A stretch of 64,000 bases of DNA from Alphaproteobacteria bacterium (GTDB lineage Bacteria; Pseudomonadota; Alphaproteobacteria; UBA2966): contig OZ219858.1 in the NCBI GenBank assembly GCA_964291395.2, positions 288,001 through 352,000 of the forward strand, in the 5' to 3' direction. The translations under genes and the position numbers were made by a program. Position 1 is the first letter of the stretch; the number at the start of each line of letters is the position of its first letter. Shown here one piece after another: positions 47,236-57,468 of this stretch. The notes beneath the pieces are model-generated. The model had not been told where the DNA came from. It did not search any database and saw only the letters and a program-made list of their open reading frames with translations.

Positions 47236-50200
47236 GTGGCTCTAGCAAGTACGGACAACGATGTTGCCATCGTCGGGTACAGCCATCGCATGCCCGGTGG
47301 CATACAGTCGGATTCCGATTTCTGGACCCTGCTCAGCAGGCGGGACATCGTCCAAGAGCCGATCACCGACCGCTACGGAAAAGGCCACTTGCCCATCGGG
47401 GAGTTTTCAGGCCCGGGGCGTCTTGCCAGTCCCTATGAGGGACTGTTTCGCGACGATGAAGAACTGCTTTTCGACCGCACGTTCTTCGGCATGTCCCACA
47501 ACGAACTGAGGCAGACCGAACCGCAGGTGAGGATGCTGCTGAATTGCGCGTGGGAAGCCATCGAACACGTTGGATGGGACCTTCATTCGTTGCGCAACAG
47601 CCCCACCGGGGTCTTCATAGGTTCGCAGGTTCCGGCCGTGTCCAACTGGCGGCCGCAGCATGGCGTCACGGAGAATTCCGTCTCCGGCATCAGCCTCGCC
47701 ATGCTGGCCAACCGGGTCTCCTACCACTTCAACCTCATGGGGTCGTCCGCAACCTACTGCACGGCCTGTTCCGCCGGCCTGAGCGCCCTGCACGCGGCGA
47801 TGAACGCGCTGGCGTGCGGCGATTGCGACCAGGCTCTGGTCGGCGCCGTCACCTACCTGGGCAGCGCCAGGATGAGCAGCGGCTTCAACCTCATGGGAGT
47901 CATCAGCCCGGAGGGCAAGTGCCATTCCTTCGACGCCGAAGCCGACGGCTACATGCGCTCCGAAGGATCGTTCGTCTTTGCCATCAAACCCCTGGCGGCG
48001 GCCGAGCGGGACGGGGACCCGATCTACGCCGTGATCGAGGCGACCGCGGTCAACGCGGCAGGGACGGCCGACGGCACGCCCGGTCTCGCGCCGGGGCGTT
48101 ACATCAGCGCGCCAACTCGTCATTCCCAAGTCCAGCTGATGCGCGAGGCCTCGACGCGCGCCGGCCGCACCGCTCTCGACTTCGACTACATCGAGGCGCA
48201 CGCGACCGGAACCGCAGTCGGCGATCCCATCGAGGGCAACGCCATCGCCGAGGCCTTTGGCGGCTTCGAGCGCGAAATCCCGCTGCGGGTCTCCAGCGTG
48301 AAGAGCAACGTCGGGCACATGGAAGCCGCCGCCTTCCACTGCGCCCTGCTCAAGGTCGTTCTGATGATGCAACGGCGCACCTTCGCGCCGACATCGAACA
48401 ACTTTCAGGTGCCCAATCCGGAGATCGACTTCGAGAGCTGCCCCATGCGGGTGCAGACGGACTGCGAGTCGTTCCCCGACCGTCCCGTGGTCGTCGGGAT
48501 CAACTCGTTCGGCTTCGGCGGCGCCAACGGGCATTGCGTGGTGCGCGAGTACCGGCCGGCGCTGTCAAGGCTCTGGTCGGTGCCGCTGGCGCCGGAGGCG
48601 GGCTACATGGTCCCGCTCTCGGCGCGAACGCCCAAGGCGCTCACCGAGAGCGCGCGCCGTCTGCGCCGCCTGCTCGATGAGCAGCCGATGGACCTCTACG
48701 CGCTCGCCGGCAACCTCAGCCGCCGCCGCACCCATTTCGCCGCACGGACGGCGTTCGCGGCGCACAGCTTGCTCGATCTGACCGAGGCGCTGGATGCCTT
48801 CGTGGAAGACGGCGCTGCCATCGCCACGGCGGAGGAGGGCGAGCGGCGGCTGGTCATGGTGTTCGCCGGGCAGGGGACGCAGTGGGCCGGTTGCGGGCGC
48901 GATCTCTACGAGGCCCATCCCGTCTTCCGCCGCGCCATCGACGCCATCGACGAGCACTGGCGCGCGCATGCTGAGACCTCGTTGCGCGAGGCCTGTTTCA
49001 CGGCTCCCCAGGAGGAGCTCGACGAGGTTCAACTCGCCCAACCCGCGATCTTCATGATCCAGTGCGCGCTGGTAGAACTGTTCAAGACCTGGGGCGTCTA
49101 TCCCGACTGCGTGGTGGGACACAGCTCCGGCGAGGTGGCCGCGGCGTACGCGTGCGGCGCGCTTTCGCTCGCCGACGCGACGCGCCTGGTCTACCACCGG
49201 GCTACCCTGCAGCAGCGCGTGGCCGGCTCCGGCCGCATGCTGGCGATCGGCCTCGACAAGACGGGTGTGGAGGAACTGCTGGACGGGCTGAACATCCCCT
49301 TCCGCCTAGACGGCGACCGGCCCGTTCAGGTCGAGATCGCCTGCGAGAACGCGCCGGCAAACACCGTCATCTGCGGTCGCGAAGACGATCTGCAGCCGGC
49401 GATGGAGGAGCTGGATCGGCGCAGCCTCCAGAACCGGCTGATCCCCGGCAACATCGCCTTTCACTCCCGGGCGATGGACGCCATCAGGGACGATGCGCTG
49501 GAGGCGCTCTCGTTCCTCGACGATCTCTCCTTCGACGCCGACGTGCAGTTCATCTCGTCTGTGACGGGTGCCGAGACGGAGCGGCTGGACAGCGCCTACT
49601 GGTGGTCCAACATCCGCCAGGCAGTCCGCTTCGCCGCAGCGATGGAGACCGTCAAGCGCGACCACCGGCCCGACGTGGCGCTGGAGCTCGCGCCTCACTC
49701 GGCCCTGCAACCCATCGTCGCGCAATGCATGGAAGACGTGGCATCGCCGCCCGTCTCCATTCCAACCCTGATGCGGGACACCGATACCTGCCTTGGCTTC
49801 CATGAGGCTTTGGGCAACCTCTTCAAGGCCGGCGTGTCGTCTGGACTTCGCTGCGCAGTACCCGCGTCCGGACCCCATCGTCCATCTGCTGCCGGGGCAT
49901 CCGAGGGACGAGCAGAAGACCGTCGACAACAGGCTGGACGACGAGTTTTTCCTGAAACAAGGCGACTACGCGCATGGTCCGCTGGTCGGCCACCGGATCG
50001 CGAGCGATCATCTCCTGTTCGAAGCACGGCTCTCCGAGGCGGCCTTTCCCTGGCTCGCGGAACACCGTGTCCATCACGCGTCGATCATGCCGGCCGCCGG
50101 CTACATTGAGCTGATACTGCAGGCCCTGGGCGGCATTCCGGTCCATTTCGACGTACTCGAGTTCCTGCAGCCGTGTCCCATCCCGAGGACGCCTGTCAGG

Positions 50201-53200
50201 CTGCAAACAGCCCTTTATCCGGTTCCCAATTCCGACGGTGAGTTCACCTTCCAGATTTCGACGCTGCCCTACGAGGTCGATCCGAAGAGCGAGCTGCACT
50301 GCCGCGGGAGGGTGCGCTTGATCAGCGTGCGACCGGAGCTGGACGCACCGGAAACGCTGTCGGACTTGGAGACGTCGGCTTACGAGCCTCTTCAATATGC
50401 CGCCGACGATGAAATCTACGAGCGCTTCGAAGTGGTTCTCGGGGAAACCTTCCAGTACGGCCCCCACTTCAGGAACATTCGGAAGCTCAGGCGTGAGCGA
50501 GAGACCGGCCGCCTCCTGCTGGATGTCGGCGTCGACGAGGCGCTGTGGGCGGGTGCAAGAGAAGAGGGATACGTCTCCTTTCCGCCTCTTCTCGACGGCG
50601 GGCTGCAGTCGTTTCTCTACGACTTGATGCTTGGCGCTGATCGTTTTGCCATTCCTCTGCGGGCGGAAAACGTGACGTTCTTGGGCGCGCCGACGGTGCC
50701 GCGCCTCGTTTGCCAACTGACCTATCCCGGCGGCAAGCGGTACGAAGTCGATGACAAGGGTCAATACAACGTTCCCAACGGCGAGTGGGTTTCCGGCCGG
50801 TTGAACTTCTACGACGAGGCGACCGGCGCGCTCACCCTTCACGTCGAGAAATACATCTCCTTCATCTCGTATCCCAGGCGGGTTGACCTGCCGCACAGCA
50901 AGCACCGTATCGCCTGGCAACCGAAGTTCGTCGCCGACGGCCGCGAGATCGCGGACCGGCTGCCCGGGGGCGAGATCGAGCCGTCGGCCCTGCTTGCCGC
51001 CCTGGAACGGGGGGAGGACGGCGACGGGCGAGTCTGCCATGCGCTGGAGTTCGCGGGCTCCAGGGAGCCGGAGCAGACCGTGCTTCAGAGCTGCCTCGAC
51101 CACCTCTCACGGGAGGAGACGCAGAGCGAGTTCTGGCTCGTCGCCGACGATGAGGAGGGCGCGCGGACATGCTTCGAGGCCTTCCACGCGCAGGACGCCG
51201 CGCTGCGCTTCGACTGCCTCGATCCGGCTGCGCGGCAGCCCTCCGCGCTCGATACGGGCCTGCTGCGCTCCGGTGCGGCGGAAGTCCTGTTCCTCCACCG
51301 CGACGAGGATGCGTTCATGCCCGACGACTGGCGGTTCTGGCAGGAGGTGGCGGTCGCGGGCGGATTGGCGCTGGTTTCCCACGCGGACGGCGCGGACATA
51401 GAGCCCGGCGCGGGCTGGACCACGCTTCGTGCCGGACGGCGAGCGACTCTGCTGCAGGCGCCGCCGCAGCGGGCGGGCGAAAGGGATGAGGCGGTGCTGC
51501 CGGCTCCGCGCTGGGTGATGGGGGCGCCCGATAGCCTGGCGAGGGACTGGACATCCCTACTCGACAATCCTGCGGTCTACCCGATCCCCTTCGAGGGCCC
51601 CGCGTCAAGCGATCCCTTCGAGGTCGAGACGTGGCCGCAGGCGGCGGACGTGCAGGCGATCGACGTTTTCTGCGACTGGGATCCGGAGGATGCGACGGGC
51701 GAGAGGGCGGTCTCGCAATTCGTCGCCCTGATTCAGTCGCTGGTGCCCTACAGGATCGACCAGGCCAGCTGCCCATGCCGCGTCACCGTGGCGACCCGCA
51801 AGGCGGTGTTCGAGCCTGAGGATGCACGCGGCAGCGCGCTCTGGGGTGCGGTGCGCACCATGGCGATGGAGATCGGCGAAGAGGCCCAGCTCGACTTCCG
51901 CCTCGTGGACCTGGGAGCCGCCGACGACCTGGAGACGCTGGCGTGGATCGCGCGGCACGACCTGCGCGAGCGCGAGCTTGCGGTGCGCGAGGGTCGCCTG
52001 TGGGTGCCGCGCGTCGTAAGCAATCGCGATCAGTACCCGAGCATCCCCGCCGGAGAGGACCCTCCCTACCGGCTCTTCCTGGACAATGCGGGGCAGATCG
52101 GCGGCCTCAGGATGAAGACCTACGATCCTCCGCCGCTGGCCCCGCACGCCGTGGAGATCGACGTCGTCGCGTCCGCACTCAACTTCCGCGACGTCATGGT
52201 GACGCTCGGGCTGCTGCCGTCACTGGCCTACGAGCGCTCCGCACTCGGCCGCGAGGTCGGCATGGAAGCGAGCGGCGTAGTCCGCCGCGCCGGCACGGCC
52301 GTGGAAGGGCTCGAGCCCGGCGATGAGGTGGTCTTCGTCGACGGCGGCTGTATCGCCAATCGCACTGTGGTGGGCCAGCACCGCGTGTTCCTTAAGCCCG
52401 CGGGCCTCACCATGGAAGAGGCCGCGTCATCGCTCTCGGTCTACGTCACCGCCTACTACTCGCTGATTCACCTGGCCCGGCTGCGCAAGGGCCAGCGCGT
52501 CCTGATTCACTCGGCCATGGGCGGCATCGGACAGGCCGCCATCGCGCTCGCCAACAACGTAGGCGCCGAGATTTATGCAACCGCGGGGAGCGAGAACAAA
52601 CGCGACCAGTTGCTCGCGCTCGGCGTCCGGGCGGCCTTCGATTCCCACAGCGAGGACTGGTACGACGGGTTGATGAAGGCGACCGGCGGCCAGGGTGTCG
52701 ATGTCGTGCTGAACTCCCTCGCGGGCCGCCACGTTCCGCTCTGCTTGCAGGCGCTCAGGGCGGGCGGCTGGCATTGCGAAATCGGCAAGGTCGACATCTA
52801 CGCCGACAGCGCCCTCGGCCTCCGCGTCTTCCGCAAGAACCTGCGCTTCGCGGCCATCGACCTCGACCGCCTGATGGTGGACGACCCGCTGCTCTCCCGC
52901 GAGCTCTCCCAGGCCTGCCTCGACCTGCTCGATCGTGGTGTGGTGCCGCCGTTGCCGGTCACCGCTTTCTCCTACGGCGACTACGCGAAGGCGCTCCGCC
53001 TGATGACCTCCGGCAAGCACCAAGGAAAACTGGTGCTGAAGGCGCCGCCGGCGTCCGCCGATCCGGACTTTCCCATCGACGACCGGCGGCCGTTGCTGGA
53101 CCCCGAGGGGACCTATCTCGTGACCGGCGGCCTCGGCGGCTTCGGTCCGCGGCTCCTGCCCTACCTGGTCACAGCCGGCGCCCGCCACCTGACCCTGATG

Positions 53201-54298
53201 GACCGCGATCCCGAGCGCCGCCGCAGCGAGAACTGGCTGCGCCAATCCACGACTCTTGCGGACATAGGGCAGGGGGTCGAGATCGACATCGTTTCCGGCG
53301 ACGTGGCGGAGGAGGCCGACGTGCGCCGCTGCGTCGCCAACGTGAGGAAGCCGCTCAAGGGCGTGTTCCATCTCGCCGGCGCGCTGGACGACTGTCTGCT
53401 GGCGGACATGACGGCGGAGTCCATCGCCCGCGTGTTCGCGCCGAAGGCCCACGGCGCGCTCTATCTCCACCGTGCTACCGAAGGCCTCGCGCTCGATCAC
53501 TTCGTCATGGTGTCGTCGCTCTCGTCGGCGTTCGGCAATCCGGGGCAGATCAACTACGGCGCCGCCAACGCCTACATGGACGGCCTCGCCGCCTGCCGCC
53601 GCCGGCAAGGACTGCCGGCTTTGTCCTACAACCTGGCGGCGGTCTCCGATGCGGGCATGGCCGCGCGCAACCTCGGCCTGCTGCGATTGATGAAAGCCGC
53701 GGGCATACCCCCGGTGAGCAGCTATTGCGCCATCGCCAACCTCGACTATGCGCTCCGCACGATGGCCGATGGCGACCATCTGATCACCGCACTCTTCAAG
53801 CGCGTGCTCTGGAGCGTCGATTCCGCCGACTACATGCGGTCCGGCCGCCTGATGAGCAACCAGGATGCGTTCAAGATGGACTCCGACGAGCAACTGACGG
53901 TCGATGGCGTCATGGCGCAGATCGCCGCCAAGGTCGCCGAGCTCTGCGGCCACGACGAGGGCGGTCTGGAGGAACCCCTCTCCAGCTTCGGCCTCAACTC
54001 CATCTCCGTCGCCGAACTGGGGGCGTTCATCCAGAGCGAGTTCGGCTTCCAGGCGAGCGCGCTCGAGCTGATGACCACGGCCTCGTGCCAGTCGCTGGCG
54101 CACGCCATCGTCTTCGGCACGACGAGCGACGAGGAGGCGGAAGCCGAGACGGACGGTGAAGACATCGACGATGCGCCCCTCGCCGCGCAGCGCCTTGTTC
54201 GCCGCAAGCCCTCGGTGTTCGCCAGCCCGCCCGAAGACCACTTCCCGCCGGCGCCCTGTTCCGGAAAAGGCGCCGCGAGTGCCCTGACCGCCGAGTAG
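47236..54298 (+). CDS. Mono-modular highly reducing type I PKS/FAS, KS-AT-DH-pseudoMT-ER-KR-ACP (SwfA-like); one frameshift near 49840
   Basis: KS: CTACSAG, EAHATGT, KSNVGH, INSFGFGGANGH. AT: FAGQGTQW, QCALVEL, GHSSGE, IAFHS. DH: HRVHHASIMP, LLDGGLQ. ER: LNFRDV, IHSAMGGIG. KR: TGGLGGFG, LDD, GQINYGAAN. ACP: FGLNSIS. Removing 1 nt at ~49840 joins ORFs 47236-50109 and 49793-54298 into 2353 aa. Confidence 0.9.
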
Positions 54299-54360
54299 CG
54301 CGATCCGGCGACAGGGGAGCGGGCTCCGCATCGGCGCAGTGAGTATCAAGGCAAGGCAGC

Positions 54361-56856
54361 ATGGCCGACGCATGTGTCGCTGACCGGACGGTGCCGCCGC
54401 TCATCGGCCTCCTGCCGCCGCAATGCCGGAGAGACGTGGACGAGCTGCGCCGCGTCATTCACGCGACGGTCTCGCGAGAGACGCCGGCCGAAGCCGTGAC
54501 ACCAACAGACTTTCGAGAGGTTTTGCTGACCGGGGCAACCGGCTTCGTCGGACGCTTCTTCCTGCGCGAGCTTCTGTGGCAGAACGAGCAGCTGATCGTG
54601 CACTGCCTGGTCCGCGCCGAGAGCGCCGAACACGGGTTCGAGCGCTTGCGCGACGCCCTGGAGCGGGCCGAAATCTGGGAGGAGGAGTGGACGTCGCGCC
54701 TGCGCGTGGTGCCCGGCGACGTCTTCCAAGAGCATTTCGGACTGAGCGAGTCAGTGTTCGACGGGCTCTGCCAGCGGATCGACGCGGTCTATCACCTGGC
54801 TGCCAACGTGGGCCTCGTCCAGTCCTATGCCGATATACGCGACGAGAACGTGCTGGGCCTTCGCTCCGTGCTCGAGCTCTGCCTGCGGACCCGACTCAAG
54901 CATCTGTTTTACGGATCCACCATGGCTGTTTTCCCCGAGTATTTTTGTGACTTTTCGCTGGAATACAGACAGAGCCGCATCGACGATCAGATGTCCCCCG
55001 ACCTCGCCGACATGAAGAAGGCCTTTCCGCTCGGCGCCATCGGGTATCCGTGGAGCAAGCTGGTGGCCGAGCAAGGCGTGTTGTTCGCGCAGGCGGCCGG
55101 TGTGCCGGTCGCGATCTTTCGCCTGCCGCAGATGGGGCTCTCCAGCACGGGGTACACGCAGGCAAACAATTTTCCGGCCCGCCTGTTCGCTGCGGCGATG
55201 CAACTGGGAAAGGCACCGGAAGGCTTTTCCATTCAACGGAATGCCGAGCCGGTCGATACCGTCAGCGAAATCTGCACGGCAATCTCACTCAACTCCGACC
55301 GCCGCTTCACCGTCTATCACTGCTGCGATCCGAATCCGCCCTACGACGATCTCGAAGTGGCGGACTTCGGCTTCTACTGGGAAGTAGTCCCCTACCAATC
55401 CTTCAGGAGGTCGTGCCAGGCTCTCGGCGACAGCTCTCCGCTGCGCGGGCAGTGGGTCCTGGTCGACCACTTCGCGCCCTATTGGTTCGGCGAGGACAAG
55501 GCGGGACACGCGCCGCCGATCAGCGATCGCGCCATCCGGGAGGATTGCCCGCACCCGATCAAGTGGCCGGCACTGCTGATCCGCCACGCGCGCTCCTACG
55601 ACTGGGTCAGGCGTCATCGGGAGAGATGGCCCTATCCGGTCCCCCAAGGCCGTCTGGACTTCGACGGACTCATCGCTCAGGCCGAGAGATACGCCGAGCG
55701 CATGGGCGTGCCCTTCGAGCCAACCTGCCCCTCGTGGATGCGCGCCGGCCTCAAGCAACTCGTGGAGGCGCTGAAATCGCCGGAGTCCGGGCTGCGGGAA
55801 ACCCGGGTCAGCCACGTCATCTATGGGTTGACCCGTGCGCTGCGCAACAATGCAAAACTCGCCCGCGAGGCGCGGCAGCACCCAGAGATCGAGCGGGAGG
55901 AGATCGAGCGGCCGGTCTTCATCGTCGGCATCAACCGTACCGGCACGACATTTCTGCATCGTCTGTTGTCGCGCGATCCCCAGTTCTGGGCACTGCGGCG
56001 CTACGAATTGACGGAGCCGGTGCTGTCCTCTGGCAAATACGCCACCGTCGCAGGCACGGCCGAGGATCCCCGCCGGGCCTACGCGGAAGAGCTACTAGGC
56101 GCGACCAATGTCGTCGATACGCTCTCCGGGCTCCACCGCACCGATATCGACGAGCCAGAGGAGGACTTGTGGATCCTCTGGCTTACGTTCTCGACCTGGA
56201 TATTCGCGACGGCGTACCACGTACCGGCCTATGGTCGTTGGCTCGCAGAAGCCGAGCCACGCAATGCCTACGCGCATCACCGGCGCGTCATGCAGCACTT
56301 CACCTGGCAGCGGCGGCAGCGGGAGCCGCAGAGCCAGCGGCACTGGCTGCTCAAGATGCCTTTTCATCTCATGGAATTGGAAGTGCTGCTGGAGACCTAT
56401 CCGGATGCCGTCTTCATCCAGACCCATCGCGAGCCCGTCGAGTTCATGGGCTCGTGGAACAGTATAGTGGAGCGGATACGAGGCTTTTCCACAGAGCCGA
56501 GGCCGCCGCACGAGGCCGGCGCCGAGCAGCTGGCCTTCATGAGCGGCATGTTGAACGGCGCGATGCGGTTTCGAGCCTCCAATCCCACGCTCGAAGAACG
56601 CTGGGTCGACGTGCGCTACGCCGATCTGGTCGATGACCCGATGGCCGTCGTGAACGACATCTACGCACGCCTCGGCTGGCCCCTTGAACCGCTCGCCGCC
56701 CACGCCATGCAGGGGTGGCTCACGCTTCAAGAGGAGCAGCGCCGGCACGAACCCCGGCACGAGTACAGGCTGGAGGACTATGGCCTCACACCGGCGGCCG
56801 TGAACGAGGCGTTCGCGCCGTATCGTGAGTACGTTGCGACCCGCGGTATCGCGTAA
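54361..56856 (+). CDS. Thioester reductase (R) - sulfotransferase (ST) fusion (SwfB-like)
   Basis: N-half: VLLTGATGFVG, VYHLAA, GYPWSKLVAE (YxxxK), IFRLP. C-half: PVFIVGINRTGTTFLHRLL (PAPS 5'-PSB loop), WLLKMPFH, FIQTHREP, YADLVDDP. Confidence 0.9.
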   Translation: MADACVADRTVPPLIGLLPPQCRRDVDELRRVIHATVSRETPAEAVTPTDFREVLLTGATGFVGRFFLRELLWQNEQLIVHCLVRAESAEHGFERLRDALERAEIWEEEWTSRLRVVPGDVFQEHFGLSESVFDGLCQRIDAVYHLAANVGLVQSYADIRDENVLGLRSVLELCLRTRLKHLFYGSTMAVFPEYFCDFSLEYRQSRIDDQMSPDLADMKKAFPLGAIGYPWSKLVAEQGVLFAQAAGVPVAIFRLPQMGLSSTGYTQANNFPARLFAAAMQLGKAPEGFSIQRNAEPVDTVSEICTAISLNSDRRFTVYHCCDPNPPYDDLEVADFGFYWEVVPYQSFRRSCQALGDSSPLRGQWVLVDHFAPYWFGEDKAGHAPPISDRAIREDCPHPIKWPALLIRHARSYDWVRRHRERWPYPVPQGRLDFDGLIAQAERYAERMGVPFEPTCPSWMRAGLKQLVEALKSPESGLRETRVSHVIYGLTRALRNNAKLAREARQHPEIEREEIERPVFIVGINRTGTTFLHRLLSRDPQFWALRRYELTEPVLSSGKYATVAGTAEDPRRAYAEELLGATNVVDTLSGLHRTDIDEPEEDLWILWLTFSTWIFATAYHVPAYGRWLAEAEPRNAYAHHRRVMQHFTWQRRQREPQSQRHWLLKMPFHLMELEVLLETYPDAVFIQTHREPVEFMGSWNSIVERIRGFSTEPRPPHEAGAEQLAFMSGMLNGAMRFRASNPTLEERWVDVRYADLVDDPMAVVNDIYARLGWPLEPLAAHAMQGWLTLQEEQRRHEPRHEYRLEDYGLTPAAVNEAFAPYREYVATRGIA

Positions 56857-57102
56857 CATTGCCGACGCCACGGGTATCGTATGTCTTCTTGCGGGACTGA
56901 GCGCCCGGTTCTCCGAGGCGCCTCTCGAAATTCGGATAGGCCCGTGAGGGTCCGACTCAACGCTCCGGCCGATCAACATTAGAGGTGGGAAGCGTTCATC
57001 CCATTTCCTCCTCGTTCCATAACCCAACGATGGACCAATCCACTGAAAGTGAATCAGTCGAGGTACTACTTTGGGGCGGCGAGTCGGGAATTCCAGCGGC
57101 GT

Positions 57103-57423
57103 GTGAATCTGATGCTCGGCGAGATGCCGGTGCGCGCGGTCGTGTACTCCCATTCCCACATCGATCATTTTGGCGGCGTGCACGGCGTGATCAGCGAGGC
57201 TGACGTGACCTCCGGAGACGTGCAGGTCTTTGCGCCCAAAGGCTTCATGCAAGCGGTTGCCTCGGACAACGTGTCCGCGCGAACGGCCATTTCGCGACGA
57301 GCGACAATGCAGTACGGGCGGGCAGCCAATATGCTTGCGGATGTATTCGAACAACTCGGCTACCAATACGAAAGCGCGAGCTTGCGTAACGTGTTCCTGA
57401 CCGCGGCGCAGGAATTGCGCAAT
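57103..57423 (+). pseudogene. SdsA1-type alkyl sulfatase remnant (internally deleted)
   Basis: LGEMPVRAVVYSHSHIDHFGGV...VQVFAPKGFM...SRRATMQYG (MBL-fold metal motif) fused directly to LADVFEQLGYQYESASLRNVFLTAAQELR (end of the dimerisation domain). Confidence 0.8.
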
Positions 57424-57445
57424 TGCAATGAGTTAAGAGAGAGCA

Positions 57446-57468
57446 CGAATCCCACCTCTTCCGCCATT
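57446..57468 (+). repeat. att-type direct repeat: copy of the tRNA-Ser 3' end
   Basis: 21/23 identity to 38414-38436. Both differences are C>T. Confidence 0.85.

Larger units (their letters stand above)
38414..57468. mobile_element. tRNA-Ser-integrated genomic island (~19 kb), mobility genes decayed
   Basis: Direct repeat CGAATCCCACCCCCTCCGCCATT (38414-38436) vs CGAATCCCACCTCTTCCGCCATT (57446-57468), 21/23 identical. Integrase relics next to the tRNA; accessory cargo between. Confidence 0.85.

Noticed and set aside
46914-47245. Short Cys-containing ORFs between the SDR and PKS as RiPP precursors for the radical SAM
   Set aside because: No RBS, leader motif or RRE/SPASM domain. The radical SAM is of the B12 lipid-methylase type.
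49793-50109. Programmed frameshift or true overlapping gene pair in the PKS
   Set aside because: No slippery heptamer or homopolymer. The ~90-aa tail of ORF1 is non-homologous read-through, and a 1-nt insertion explains everything.
52427-54373. 648-aa antisense ORF (also 47407-48534, 49823-51103, 56095-57366, 33159-34349, 23823-24953)
   Set aside because: Shadow frames of high-GC3 genes with no recognisable motifs.
55050-56636. 528-aa and 461-aa (52774-54159) alternative-frame + strand ORFs
   Set aside because: Arg/Pro/Gly-rich off-frame translations inside well-supported genes.
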